A stretch of 64,000 nt of DNA from contig OX597819.1 in NCBI GenBank assembly GCA_951406725.2, positions 94,364,001-94,428,000 on the forward strand, given 5' to 3'. Shown here piece after piece: positions 25,325-39,648 of this stretch. Position numbers and translations under genes: made by a program. Every line of letters starts with the position of its first letter. Position 1 is the stretch's first letter. Below the pieces are notes generated by a model. It was not told where the DNA came from. It ran no database searches and saw nothing but the letters and a program-made list of their open reading frames with translations. This DNA comes from Octopus vulgaris (Eukaryota).

Positions 25325-28300
25325 TAGTTGATAAAAAAGTTATTACTTTTAATTTAGAAACAGATGTTCCTAGCTGAAATTCAGTTTGGTACTTATGTAC
25401 ACACTCAGGAATAAAAAGCCTGATTATTATTGCAGATCAAATCAACTGAAATATAGTGCTGGTGTAAAAAAGAAAACACTGAAAACAGTCTTCCATCTCA
25501 GAAGATGAGGTTAATTGTTTGGAAAAATTATAATTTTATTTGTAATATTATATTACCATTCTCTTATTATTGCTTACAAATATTTGTTTGTTTGTTTTTT
25601 TTTAAACCATCTCTATTTTCATTAAATTTTCTTTATCAGAAATTAAATTTTTTATTATCTTCATTGATATGTTTTCCAAAATATATAGTTATATTTAATG
25701 TTTGCTATGACTGATTTCTCCTCATAAAAATAATAATAAACTAATTTTCAACCAGCTGTAGATTAATTTAATACTTAATTAATAATGATTAATGAATTAA
25801 TCATCTTCATATTAATCATAAAACATTTCAGAGCTATAAACTGTTCACTTGTGTATTCTATTTAAGTTACCCACAACTTAAGTTATTCACTGATTCATGA
25901 GTACAACCACATAATGTTCTTATTCTATGAGTTGTTCTCAGTTCATGGAAATAGAGTGCAATTACAATTAAGTCAAAGTTAATTATCAAAAATTTCTAAA
26001 AGTAATTATGAATTAATATACTATTGTTCATTTAAATATAAAAAGTAATAATATTTAGTCAAATTCATATATTCATTACATTCATATATCATATATTCAT
26101 TACATTTTTCCCATTAAGACTTAAATAAATCAACAAGATATCTTTTTCAGCTAAACTTCTTGATGTTTTCATGTTCAATTGTTATAAAATTTTAACATAA
26201 CAGATTCTTTTAGACTAATTAAAATTGCCTTACATTTTTTAATAATTTTAAACATTTCTTCTTACATTTTAAACATTTTCTGACAATTTTTGATAATAAT
26301 GAAAGTAATATCTAAAGAATTAATTTTTGACCATCATATGGATTCCTTTCTAAGAGATATTTTCTCAAAACTAACTTTTTTTTCCTTTTTAACATGCACT
26401 TAGTAATTAAATTAAATCATTACAGGGATGGCTGTAAATTAAATTGTTACAGGTATGGCTTTGTAGTGAAGAAGTTTGCCTCCCAGTCATTTGGTTTTGG
26501 GTTCAGTCTAAGTGCGCAGCACCTTAGCCAAGTGTCTTTTACTGTAGCCCAGGCCAACCAAAGCCTTGTGAGTGAATTTGATAAATGGAAACTGAAAGAA
26601 GCCATCACACTCACACACACATTTATGCATATGTGTGTATATGTAGATATATATATATATGTATAATACATGCATACACACACACTTGTGTGTGTGTGTG
26701 TGTGTTTCTGTCTCCTTGTCTTGTCATCCTGTAATATTGTAAGTGAATGTCACTATCATACAAGCACTGTTTTTTTTTTATATTTTCAATCTTTCATGGA
26801 AACATCTGACCTTGAAATATTAACTCACTTAGAAACAGATGAGGGTTTGTAACAGGAAGAACATGGAAAATGTGCTGCCAAAAATTCCATTTGACCCTTA
26901 CAAACACAGAAAAATGAACATTACAACAATGATGTGATGATAATGATGATTCATTTCTAAACAAAAACCTCATTTGACATCATATAAAATGACAACTGTA
27001 TGAATGTATTGAATTTTTGATATAAAATCTTCATTATTTGCTCACAGTTCTCATGATGGTTTCAAATTTGTGGATCATTATCATCATCATCATCCATTTT
27101 CCATGCAAGCATGGTTGGACAGTTTGACAGGAGTTGGTTAGCTAGAGGACTGTACCAAACATTTCTGTCTCCTTTGGTCAGCTTTCTATGGCTGGATGGT
27201 TTCCTAATGCCAACCACTTGACATCCTTTGTGTCTATCATTAAGAAATGATAGACCCATTTTTGCCTCTACCAATTTGGCTGTAAAATCCTTCCTACTAC
27301 AAGCTTTTTATAAATTAACTATTAACAGTAAGGCTTTGACCTTCAAAATCTAAAGTTTGGGCCAACCTCTTTTGATACCTTTTTTCCTCTTCTTCCTGCA
27401 TTGTCTCTTATTCCTTGAGTTCTTTTTGCTATCCCGCATCTCAAGACAAAAGGCTGAGAGCATCGCCTGGGACTTCTGACTTCTGCAGAGAAAGGATTTT
27501 GCAAATTTGTGCCTTGCCTAAATGACCATTGGTACTGATGAGGAAAAAGAAAGAAGGGGTTGTTTAATAATGTTCTTCAGCTACCGCTACAATGAAGACT
27601 TATGGTGTTGTAGTTGTACCCTTACTCTGTCTTTCAAAATCTTTTGACTTCTGTTTTTTTGGGGTTTTTTTCTTGAGGCAGAAAGCCTTAATATGGTCGT
27701 TACTACCATACATTTAACACTTGCGTTTTCTGCCTTACACCACCACTAACCTGAACAATTTAAAGATTGATCCCTTGACAGAGAATCTCACTCAGATGGC
27801 TTTATAGTTCTGAGGCATCATTCTCACCACCAACTAATATTTTTTCCATGTTACTCCATGTTCTCATTCTGCTTTTCTAAAGTTATGATTAACCATATAA
27901 CAGCATCATTGCCCATCTTCCAGATTATAGACTCACATGTTTTATTGCTCAATATGTAGATCACCAAACTAGGGACAAATAAATGTATATAGTATGAGTA
28001 TCTTTCTCTTAGCCTCTTTACCACAAAGACCGCAAATAAAAAGGTATGGCCATTCGTGATATGCCTCTTCCATTGTGAATCCTTACTTTTCTTTTGTGGG
28101 TGCAGATTCTTGATAAGTTTAAGTCCTCCCAGTCTTCAGCAATACTGGCATAGATATGTTGATATTTTGCATTTTGCTTTTTCTACCACAATGTTGCTGT
28201 TGTTGTTATTACTGCTAACATTAGCTTGGCTACCACCACTAGGATTATTGTTCTATGTTGCCTTTGTTATTGTTCATACTCATGGGGACATGACTCTCAA

Positions 28301-28679
28301 CATTGCTCAGCTACTTTTTTTATTCTCTTTCATGAATAGTTCGTTTATCTTCTTCCATGTAAGAAAGTATACCTCTACCATTATGGGAGCCTCCTCCAAC
28401 AACTGAAGAAGAATTATCTTTAAAATATCTTCTGAACAAAAAACAGAAAAAGGACAAATGGCAAGAAAGTAAAGAGGAATAAGCATCCTGCCATCCCCAC
28501 TCTAACAAGTGAAGATGGCATAAAAAGACAAAAATTACGCACAACCTGCTGCCTAAAACAGTTCACAAGTGAAACAAAAACACAACACATCCACTTGAGC
28601 CAAAAATGCATAAATTCAGGAGCAAACGAAAAGAAGCAAGTCATTTCATTGCTAATCTGCTAATCTAATCATAACAGTT

Positions 28680-29263
28680 TCTGATTTAGGCACAAGGTTA
28701 GCAGTTTTGAGGGGCATGGGATAGTCGAAACCAACAACCCCAGTCCTTGACTGGTGCTTTAGTTTATCAATCCCAAAAGCATAGAAGACAAAGTTAACCT
28801 TGGTGTGATTTGAAATCAACAGGGAAAGAGCCAGAACACATACTGCAGAGCACTTTTTTCAATGCTTCAAAGATTCTGGCACAATGATAATCCTTTCTAC
28901 TGGAGGCACAAGGCCTCAAATTTGGGGGGAGAAGACTAGTTGATTACAGTGAACCCTCCAGTAATAAATATGTTATGACTTATTACAAACATCTCATGAA
29001 TTCCTATTTTCTTGTTATTACGTACAAGATGGTGACCCCTTTTTCTCTCATACTCATTAAATTATAGTATGTTGTTTAATTGACATTTTCACCCTAAAAT
29101 GGTGACCACCAGGGTTCACTACAACTGGTACTTAATTTATTGACCCTGAAAGGATGAAAGGTAAAGTCAACCACAGCAGAATTTGAACTCAGAACGTAGT
29201 GATGGACAAAATATCACTAAGCATTTCACCCAGTGTGCTAATGATTCTGTCAGCTCGCTGCCT
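28680..29263 (-). mobile_element. two family C SINEs, second interrupted by a small TIR element
   Basis: Reverse-strand SINE cores are present, and segment 28947-29121 interrupts the second copy. Confidence 0.65.
28947..29121. mobile_element. small pogo/Tigger-like MITE
   Basis: ta|cagtgaaccct...agggttcact inverted termini. The element splits an otherwise contiguous SINE. Confidence 0.45.
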
Positions 29264-30623
29264 TCTCCCAGGATATAATAACTTCTGTTCATTCAAAGAT
29301 ATATTTTTTCACCTCCTATCATGTATTTCTACAAATTAATTCCAACCTGTCAAACAAAACTGTAACTGCTCTATCATCATATAACTTTATCCCAGTCTCT
29401 TACATATTCTGGTAAGCAATACACATCTCTAGTAAATTTAGTTTATTTAGTTATTTATTTGTTGCCTCTTTCATAGTCATTCCTTTTAATTATAAACCTC
29501 TAACACATCAGATCAACAGTTTTTTTTTTCCAACCAATTTCACAATGACAATGCCCCCAGGCCAAATATTGTAATTTACTTGTTAACATTTGTCATGCAA
29601 TAAACATCAAAAATCTAATTAGAAATAACTATGTGGGGAAGAACAGTCAACATTAGCTTCAATGTCTAATATTATTTTTATCATTTTGGTAGGTATGGGA
29701 GATAATGCCAGACATAACTTGGCTTTATCAGACCATATCAGTGAACCACAAATTTCACTGCACTTGCTTTTGTAGTGATAAAGCAATCTTAAAAAGAGTA
29801 TACAATTTTGTATGCAACTTTAAGAAAAATTAGCATATTTTTTTAATACATAATACATAATAAATATTGACTAATTAAATAACAAGCCTCAGTCATTTAT
29901 TTTTATTGATATGCATATATTTTAATGTGTAGCAGTCTTAGTTAATTTTTGTTTAGAATATTTAAAGTATTATTTTCATTTATCCTTCTTGCAAGACAAG
30001 CAGTGGTGCGGGGAGGTCTTTCTTTTGGTGGGAGGATTACATGAAATAGGCAAAGTAGGAAGAATAATACACATGACTCTTTACAAGCTCCATGGCCTTC
30101 CAAATTAGTAAGCTGAGATTATCCCCAAACTGGAATCCTGGTCTGGATGTTTGCAACAGATTGGACTTTGCTAAAGGTACCCAAGGGTGGCCAGATGGTG
30201 GTATTGAACAAGATGGTAGATTATGTCTATCTCCAAAAGACAGAAATGGTCTTTCCCACTATAAGCTTCCATACAGTTTCCATCTACCAAATTCCACTCA
30301 CGAATTTTGATCAACCTAAGGTTGCAGTAGAAAGACACATGTCCTTGGTGCTGTGCAATTGGATCAAACTTGAAGTCATGTAATTTCAAAGCAAAACATT
30401 TTAACCACATGGCCATAGGTGTAGTACTCAGGTACTCAGAAAAAAATAGTTTTGCCTCAGACTAAAATAATTTTATCAAAGTTCTTTATTCTTGAAAACA
30501 GAAAGATACATAAAAGATAGCTATAAATGAAATATAAACATCTGAGCTATCAATCAAAGAGACTAATTAATAACACGAGGAAGACTGTAATTGTTTCCAT
30601 TTTAGAATAGAGACATTTCCATC

Positions 30624-30655
<32 letters not shown>

Positions 30656-32205
30656 CATCATCACTATCATCATCATCATTATTGTTTAACATCTGTTTTC
30701 TGGCATAGGTTGGATGGTTTGACAGGAGCTGACGTGCCAGAGAACTGCACCAAGCTCCAATATCTGTTTTGGCATTGTTTCTGTGGATGGATGTCCTTTC
30801 TAATACCAACCACATCACAGAGTATACTGGGTGCTTTTTATGTGATACCAACCTTTATATAATTTAATTTTGGGTGTGGCTCATATAATGCATCTCCCAA
30901 TTTAACACACACATACACACTTAGATCCCATGGACCTTTTCTACCAAGTCTATTCTTTTACAAGCATTTAGTCGAGGTCCCCAGTTTGATTCTACCTTTT
31001 ACCTGTTATTTTCATCGAAAGAGTTAGCTCTACTGAGCTAATCCTCCTCATCATCATCATCATTGTCATTATTATAATCAAAAACAACAACAACTACAGC
31101 AACATCATATTCCTCATCATTTTACATTTGCTTGGCTTCTTGGCTTCATGCTCTTGCTTAATGGGGATGGGGGTCATTCCAAGTTAGAAGTCCCTGAGGT
31201 GTCACCATGTAATAGAACAAACCAGGTTCACTAGTACTCACCATCACTGGTGGTCCCATGCCAGCCCCTCTGCATCATCAAGTTACATCTGTTTCCTATG
31301 CTGAAATGGATAGGATAAGTTGTTGTGGTCCCAGTCAATTCCTATTTGGAATTACTATCCTCTAAGAAGGACCAGGAGCTACATCATGTAACTACTGGAG
31401 TACAGAAGTAATATAGTAAAAAATGGGGATTCTTCCATGAGATAGATATAAAAATTAAAAAAAGAGTTAAAGTTATATCACTGAATTATTCTTTCATAAA
31501 ACAGTAAACTATGTCTTACATAAAAATCTCTTTATATTTCTTTTCTTTGTCATTTTCTATTCCTTTCAAAGCCACCATTTTAATCCCAACATAATCCCTG
31601 CTGCTCCACAAATAACTCATCAGTTTTATCATTTTTTTTCTTTTTAAATCTTTTCTTATTTCAGTTGATTCTGCAGAGTCACTCCCTAAAGTATTTATCT
31701 TTTTCTAAGCTATCTCTCTCTGCAATAAGCTTCTTTTGTTCCCAAACTTTTTACTGTTTTTATTTCCATAATACAGATTTCCTCTTTGTTTTACCATTAT
31801 TTTCTTCTTTTTCTTCTTCATTCTTTTCTTTTATTCAATTCTTTAATTTTATGCCATGTTAACATTATTCTTATTATCATTATTATTATTATTACTATTA
31901 CCTATTTTATTATATTTATATAATTATAAGCATTTTAAAACCCATTGATGTTGTTTGTAGCTTGTCATGCAAACAAAGCTTTCTTTTATATTCTCATAAT
32001 TCTTCTCTATATTTTCTGTCTTTTTTTTAAATATACATTCCAAACCAGACCAAATACAAAACTACATAAATACATGTGTAATATTTTGGTATGTGTGTGA
32101 GTGTGCAAGAGAGAGAGAGATTGTGTGTGAGTGTGTGCAGGTATGTGTGTGCATATGTGCATAAATTTGTAATTCTATGAACAGAACTATTAAATTATCT
32201 CTAAT

Positions 32206-32254
<49 letters not shown>

Positions 32255-32816
32255 GCAAGCATATATATTTATAAATAAATATATGTATGTAGAAATATTC
32301 AGTAATAAATAGTCACATACATGCACATATATGCATCTACCTGCCTGTATGAGAATTTTTTCATACACATGTATGTCTTTATCAATAAATGGCATCAGCT
32401 CAAAACAATTTCATCATATTACATTTGCAGTTTTGTAGCCATGAAGCTATTTCTCTTTGATATTATTATTATTTTTACCTGGAATGTTCCTGTCCTATTG
32501 ATTCAATTCTTGCTTCATTCATTTGCTTCTATTTTTTTTACTATATTTTTGGTCTTCTTTTCTTAACCAATTATTTCATCTTGAACATTTGGCTCTTTAA
32601 ATTCCTTCCTTCCTTGTCAAAAGTCTTAAGTTTTGACAATCTCCTGTGCTCCATATTGAATTTTTTTCTTTTTTTTCTCATAATTTACTTACTTACTTCT
32701 CTGACTGAATTTCTGCAGTACAGCTAATTTTCTGACAAGTGCAGTAGGCTTTTCAAATTTTTAAATTCTAGTTTTCTACATAACAATTATTCACTCTTGT
32801 ATTTAATAATAATAAT

Positions 32817-33465
32817 CCATTCTATTATAGGCACAAGGCCTGGTTGGTGGGAAGAGAAGGGATAAGTCGATTACATTGACCCTAGTGCTTAACTGGTTCT
32901 TATTTCATTAACCCAGAAGAATGAAAAGCAAAGTCAACTTTGGCAGAATTTGAACTCAGAATGTAAAGACAGATGAAATGCTGCTAAGTGTTTTGTTCAG
33001 CATGCTAATGATTCTGCTAGCTCACTGTCTTTAATAAATCTTTCTACATAAGCACAATGCCTGAAATTTTAGTGGAACGGTCTAGTTGATTACATCAACT
33101 ACAGTGTTTGACTGTTAATTATTTCATCAACCCTGAAAGGATGAAAGGCAAAGTCAACCCTGGTGGAATTTGAACTCAGAACACAAAGACAGACAAAATG
33201 CCATTAGGCATTTTGTCCAACTTGCTAATAATAATAATAATAATAATAATCCTGTCTACTTTAGGCACAAGGCCTGAAATTTGTGGGAAGAGGGCTAGTC
33301 AATTACATCAACCCCAGTGATCAACTGGTACTTAATTTATCAACCCCAAGAGGATGAAAGGCAAAGTCGACCTTGGCAGAATTTGAACTCAGAACGTAAC
33401 AAAGGGCAAAATATCACTAAGCATTTTGCCCAGTGTGCTAACAATTCTCCCAGCTCACCACCTTA
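32817..33465 (-). mobile_element. three head-to-tail family C SINEs
   Basis: The repeated unit is aggcacaaggcc...gattacatc.acc.cagt...atgaaaggcaaagtc.ac...gaatttgaactcagaa. Confidence 0.75.
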
Positions 33466-33504
33466 ATAATAATAATGATAATGATAATAATAACAACAAC
33501 AAAA

Positions 33505-33960
33505 CGTTGTTTTTTTATTGGCCACAAGGGCTGCAAAAATAATTAGGACAATACTAAGACAAAGGACAGTGAGGATTAACATAGAAACATGCAAGCAATA
33601 AAAACAATTTACAAAAAAAATCTTAACAAACAAAATCCCCAATAGTAGGGAAAATGCTATCCAGGGGCGACTAATGAACCTCACAGATCCTGAGCCACCC
33701 TATTCACCTGAGTAACCTGGCAAGTGCTCCTGTCTCCACCGTACTTCTCAACCTACAGATCCCGCTCACTTAGGCTACCCTCACTGCATTCACCCATCTT
33801 TGCTTTTCATTCTTCTGTGGTCAATGAAATAAGTACCAATTGAGCACTAGGGTCAATGTAATCGATTTATCCTCTCTCCCCACCAACCAGGCCTTGTGCC
33901 TATAATGGAGGGTGGGGGCAGCACATCCCTCTCAGCTCTCACCTTTCTTTTAAAATTAAA
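33505..33960 (-). mobile_element. LINE (L1/Tx1-like) 3' end fragment
   Basis: The minus strand ends in gcagcccttgtggccaataaaaaa. Related tails lie at 11274-11410 and 8350-8430. A SINE piece interrupts it at about 33810-33905. The clade call is tentative. Confidence 0.45.
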
Positions 33961-34982
33961 TGTAAAAAAGTCAAAGAGGTTTTAATAATAATACACCTGT
34001 CACATAAAGATTTCAAGTATACTACAATTTTTGTTTATACTAAGACAAAATATGTTGTTTAAAGCATTAAACTAAAAAATCTTTCTATGTTTATGAGAAA
34101 GGTTTAAATAAAAGGTACCTGAGTTGGTGACATGTAAAGGACTCTACTCTGTAGAATGGTTGGCATCAGGAAGAGCACCCAGCAGTAGAAACCAAGCCAA
34201 AAGATTGGAGCCTGGTGCAGCCCTCCAGCTTACCTGTTCTAGTCAAATTGTCTAACCCATGCCAGCATGGAAAACAGATATTAAATAATGATGATGATGA
34301 TGATGATTCTTATCAACATTTCAAGTTTTACAATAACAATTCTAGTTAACGTCTAATTATTTAATATTTGATATTTTCTAGGTTTCTTTTTTATCTTACA
34401 AGTCCAACTTCTTTTTGGTTTTTTTTTTTTGAAGTACAGAGCTTTTGAAAAATAACAATTCACTCAAATATTTACCTTTCATCTTCCACTTGTTTCAATC
34501 ATTTGATTGTGGCAATGCTGGAGCACTAACTTGAAGGGTTTAGTTGAGCAAGTGATGATAGACAGAGAACACACACAACACACACACGCAACATACACAA
34601 CACACAACACACACACACAGACACACACACAATGGTCTTCCACATGGTTTCCATCTACCAAATTCGCTCACAATGCATTGTTGACCCAGAGCTATAGTAG
34701 AAGACACTTGCTCAAGATACTGCACAGTGGGACTGAATCCAAAACCACATGTTTGCAAAGCAAGCTTCTTAACCACACACTCACACCTGTAATTTATAAA
34801 AGTATTTGATTTTTGCTTTTGTCCAAGAATGAAAATAAGAGGCAAAGATTCTATATGTAAAAAAAACTATGGATTAATAGTGAGACGGTTAAGGAAAGTC
34901 AGTATAATAAAAGATTTAATTTACATTTCGTTTTTGGATTTGGTTTGCAAGATTCTTTATATGAGTTCGTGTGTTGAAGCAT

Positions 34983-35281
34983 ATTCTGTTGTGTCTGAGG
35001 AGAGTCATTTTCTTTTTGTGCCTTATAATTTAACACACTCACCGGTAAAACGTCCACTTATTTCTTATTTTTCTTTTTCTAAAATTTTCGTTGCGTCTTG
35101 CAACCTTATTTTCATTGCATCTTGCAACCTTTCCAATAGTTTTGAAGACTATTGAAAAGGTTGCAAGACGCAACGAAAATTTTAGGAAAATAAAAATAAG
35201 AAATAAGGGGAAATTTTACCAGTGAGTGTGTTAAGTTATAAGGCACAAGAAGAAAATGACCCTCCCCAGACACAACAGAAT
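34983..35281. repeat. fold-back element, about 135-bp arms
   Basis: attctgttgtgtctg...cttgcaaccttt.caatagt pairs with actattgaaaaggttgcaag...cagacacaacagaat. The left arm has a short internal duplication. Confidence 0.8.
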
Positions 35282-36151
35282 TAATTTTTGAAGACAGGAT
35301 TGTAACTGATGTGGAGTTAGGTGCAGTTTGTGGTGCAACAGAGAAATTAGAAGGAGTTATATACGCAGGAGTAGCATAGGGAAAGCGTTGTTCATCTTGT
35401 AATAGTTGTTGCTGTTTTGTTGTCATTGCTGTTATCATCCCTGTCACCATCATCATCATCATCTTGGTTGTCCAGACTGAAATCAGCCCTGCTGAAGCAG
35501 ACCTATAATTAAAAGTGTTCCATCTGTGACCATCACATCATTTCTTCTTTTCTGATATTATGTATTAAAGACTACATTATCTAGAGTGTTCCTGCATTTC
35601 AGTATCATAAGGTTGGGAGAGATTTAACTGCTATTTCTAACATATTGCATGACCTTGTAAAGACGTTCTCTTCGATTTATTATTGTAATAGTAAAAAGAA
35701 TGTACATTCATGTGTGTGTGTTAGTGCACTATGGCCAGATGATAAAAAGTTTTCTCCACAATCACAATGTCCCAGGTTCAATCCCATTCAACAGCATCTC
35801 AGGCAAATGTCCTTTTCTATAGCATCAGATCAATCCATACTTTGTAAGTGAAATTAGATAAATAAAAACTGTACAGAAGCCCATCAGCTGGGTTGTATCT
35901 GTAGTTTACAGGTACAGCCTTGTCACATAATGTGTTGCACTGATTCTGCTTAAGAAATATTTCCACAAATGTAAAAAAACCAATTCCTTAACACAAAACT
36001 TGGTCAAAAATGTGGTAGCAAAAATATGCACTGACTTGTAGTTGACATTTATTAAACACAAATTGCAATGCAGCAAGAATATATATGTGTATATATATAT
36101 ATATATATCATCATCATCATCATTATCATCGTTTAGCGTCCGTTTTCCATG

Positions 36152-36207
<56 letters not shown>

Positions 36208-36432
36208 GTATATATATATGTATATATATATATACATATATATATACAACCTCTCACTTCATTGATGTCCTTATCATCATCATCTCTCTCTCTTTCTCTG
36301 CCTTCATCTGTGTCTTCCTCTTCATCACTCCTTTCATTTATATCTCTCTTCATCTATGTCCTTCTCATTCATCTCTCTTTCCCTTCATCTATGTAGTTTT
36401 CTTCATCTCTCTTTTCATCTGTCCTTCTCTTC

Positions 36433-36468
<36 letters not shown>

Positions 36469-37924
36469 GAAAATTTTCAGTTTCCATGTTTTCCATTTTT
36501 TTTTTAGTTTTTAATTTTCTCATTATTTTTTTTTTTTTTGAATTCCAATCTGATATTATTGATTTATATTTTTTTTTATCCTTTTGATCTCCTTATCATC
36601 CCTCTTCTACCAGATGTTTTAACAAGACATCATTTAGTTGTATGTTATTTAATCATAACCTCAGGTAAGAGTTGATCCAAGAAGTTCCAAAGCCATAATT
36701 ACTACGTGCTATGCCTCATTTACAATTAACACCGTTTCCACCACCACCACCATAATAATAACCAACACTACCACCAACACCATCATCTTCATAAACACTA
36801 CCATCAACACTACCATAACACTGACACAACAAACCTGCCTCCTCCTCCTCCTCCTTCACCACCACCAGGAACGCTATCACTATGCCACTCCTTTCATCAT
36901 CATTATCATTAACACAATCACAACAACAATAAATTTTGGTCATTAATTATTTCCCTGTATTAATTTAAAGTGATTATCTCATAAAAAATTTTTTTAATTC
37001 CTTGTGATTAACTGCTAAGAAAGTTTTCAAGTTCTAGAATGACAATTACCTAACTAGGTAACCATACTTTTTGATATTCCTTCTTGCTTTTGTTGTTGCT
37101 GTTGTTAGTGGTGGTGGTGGTGGTGGTGATGGGTTAGGTGGTAGCAGCAATATAGCTAGTGTTAATAGCAATAGCATAGGTGGAAGTAATAGTAGTAGTA
37201 TTGATGGTAATGGCTGTAGTAATAGTAGAAAGGATGATGATCGTGATGGTGGTAGTATGAGAAAGAGGTTGTAGTAAAGGCAGTGGTAGTGGTTATATTA
37301 AGGCAGTTGCTGTTGATGGTGGTGTTAGAAGTAGTAGTAGCAGTCCCAATATATTTTTATCTAGTTTTTCATACGTGTGTACATCAGCACATTGGTAAAC
37401 TATTTACATGTATGAATATATGGAATATAGTCTAAAAGGGCAGAGCTTTCCCTCTTAAGTTAAAAAAGAGAAAGAGGGTAAAGAGGAGGACACATGACAC
37501 ATCTGTCTGTAGTCTGGTATAGAAATATAAGAGATAGTATAATACAAAGATCACAGCTAAGGACATTGGCTCAGATGTTGACTCTTGTGATAATCTCTGA
37601 AGCACAGTAAGGGTAGTTTGTGAGTGTCAAAGGGAGCAAACTTATGTGTGGTTGGATGGGATCATACTGGAGTTACACTCCATCATTACTACATAGAGGA
37701 ATACAATACAGCAGTTTGCGCAAAGCATGAAGCTCAAACGGTACAGTGGAACAGTAAGAGCTACTCGAAGGCATTTTACCACGGAGAGCTGGTAAAGCGT
37801 AAGAGAAGGAGTGGCAGACATCAGTAATCATCAACCAGGAGTTGCAGTACCAAGAATGGCCAAGAGACTGATTTCATTCCTTATACCAGGAGCTGATAAA
37901 CAGGAAGCTAATGACAAAGATGAC

Positions 37925-38297
37925 AAGGCGGCGAGCTGGCAGAAATGTTAGCACGCCAGGCAAAATGCTTTGCGGTATTTCGTCTGTCTTTACGTTCTGA
38001 GTTCAAATTCCGCCGAGGTCGACTTTGCCTTTCATCCTTTCGGGGTCGATTAAATAACTACCAGTTACGCACTGGGGTCGATATAATCGACTTAATCCGT
38101 TTGTCTGTCCTTGTTTGTCCTCTCTGTGTTTAGCCCTTTGTCGGTAGTAAAGAAATAGGTATTTCGTCTGTCTTTACGTTCTGAGTTCAAATTCCGCAAA
38201 GGTCAACTTTGCCTTTCATCCTTTCGGGGTCGATAAATTAGGTACCAGTTGCGTACTGGGATCGATCTAATCGACTGGCCCCCTCCCCCAAAATTTT
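37925..38297 (+). mobile_element. dimeric family C SINE (young, CpG-rich), 3' end truncated by MITE copies
   Basis: Same dimer architecture as 24501-24931. Confidence 0.8.
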
Positions 38298-38785
38298 CTT
38301 CGCAAATGTAAATAAACCCAATCTGTTTCTTAAACGAGGGACACATTCATACAGCACGGAATGTTTTCACCCCAAATGGACTCCAGCGATTGGTTAAAAT
38401 TGCCGAAATGCTCGATTTTAAAATGGAAATATCTTACAAACTATAGAATTTTTTCTATAAAGCCAAGAAAAAATGATGTTTTATAAACACATTCTACCAA
38501 TATACAAAGTTTAAAAGTGTTTAGTTAACTAGAAATTGTGTTGAAAACTGCCGTTCAAAAGGAAAATATCCTGTTTTTTTTTTTACCTCAATAGACGTCA
38601 GTGATTGGTTGAAATTGCAGAAATTAAAGAAAAAAAACAACAAATATCTTACAAACAATAGAATTTTCTCAATAAAGCCAAGAGAAAAAGATGTTTTATA
38701 AACACATTCTACCAGTATACGAAGTTCAAAATTTTTTAGTTACCTAGAAATTATGTTAAAAACTGCCGTTCAAACCGAAGAAACT
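38298..38785 (+). mobile_element. two 5'-truncated copies of the 39237 MITE
   Basis: Both share gattggttgaaattgc...aaacacattctacc...aaaactgccgttcaaa with 39237-39648. Confidence 0.75.
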
Positions 38786-39236
38786 TTGACAGCCATGTGG
38801 GATTTATGATAAAATGTTTACATCATATGTTCAAGAGCATATGTGGTGAAACAAATTTACAGAACGAGAAAGCTATTAAGAATCTCATTTCATGCATCAA
38901 TGACCGTTATGCTTTCCTACAAATGTGATTGTTTTCATCTTACGTAAAAAAATATATATAGATATACGATTTTCATATTATATTGCATATAAGTATACTT
39001 AGGTATTGAATACATTCGTACGTCACAGTGTTTACAGGAAAATACAGGATGTCGCTGACATCACTTCCGGTTTATCGCTGTGTAGTTTCATTTTTAAGGA
39101 AAGTTTACTTCCGCTATTTTACAACGGTAAATGCTTGTTATCCAATAATGGGTTCTGTTGGAAGACAATGACCACACTCAAATTTAATTGAGTTTGCAAA
39201 TATTTTATTCACCCACATCATTTATATAGAATATTG

Positions 39237-39648
39237 GGATCTTTTCAGTTTGAACGGCAGTTTTTTCTAGCGGTGTCATATGAAATTGTCACCCATAATT
39301 ATGACCCTAGTATCGATCTATTGCATTTCAATCTGTTTTAGGGTTATGAGTTGGGGGAAGGGTATCTTTTTTTCTTCACAAATGTAAATAAAACCAATCT
39401 GTTTCTTAAACGAGGGACAGATTTATACGGCACAGAATGCTTTTTTCCTCAATAGACATCAGTGATTGGTTGAAATTGCAGAAATTGAAGAAGAAAAAAC
39501 AACAAATATCTTACAAACCATAGAATTTTCTCAATAAAGCCAAGAGAAAAAGATGTTTTATAAACACATTCTACCAGTATACGAAGTTTAAAAGTTTTTA
39601 GTTACCTAGAAATTATGTTAAAAACTGCCGTTCAAACCAAAAAGATCC
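39237..39648 (+). mobile_element. MITE with 8-bp TSD (Merlin-like)
   Basis: TIRs ggatcttttcagtttgaacggcagtttt and aaaactgccgttcaaaccaaaaagatcc. TSD gaatattg at 39229-39236 and 39649-39656. GG...CC termini. Confidence 0.85.

Noticed and set aside
27300-28200. Possible old LINE ORF1 relic on the minus strand
   Set aside because: The composition is suggestive, but I could not read a convincing motif.
39338-39358. TTAGGG-like telomeric seed
   Set aside because: One or two degenerate units internal to a MITE.
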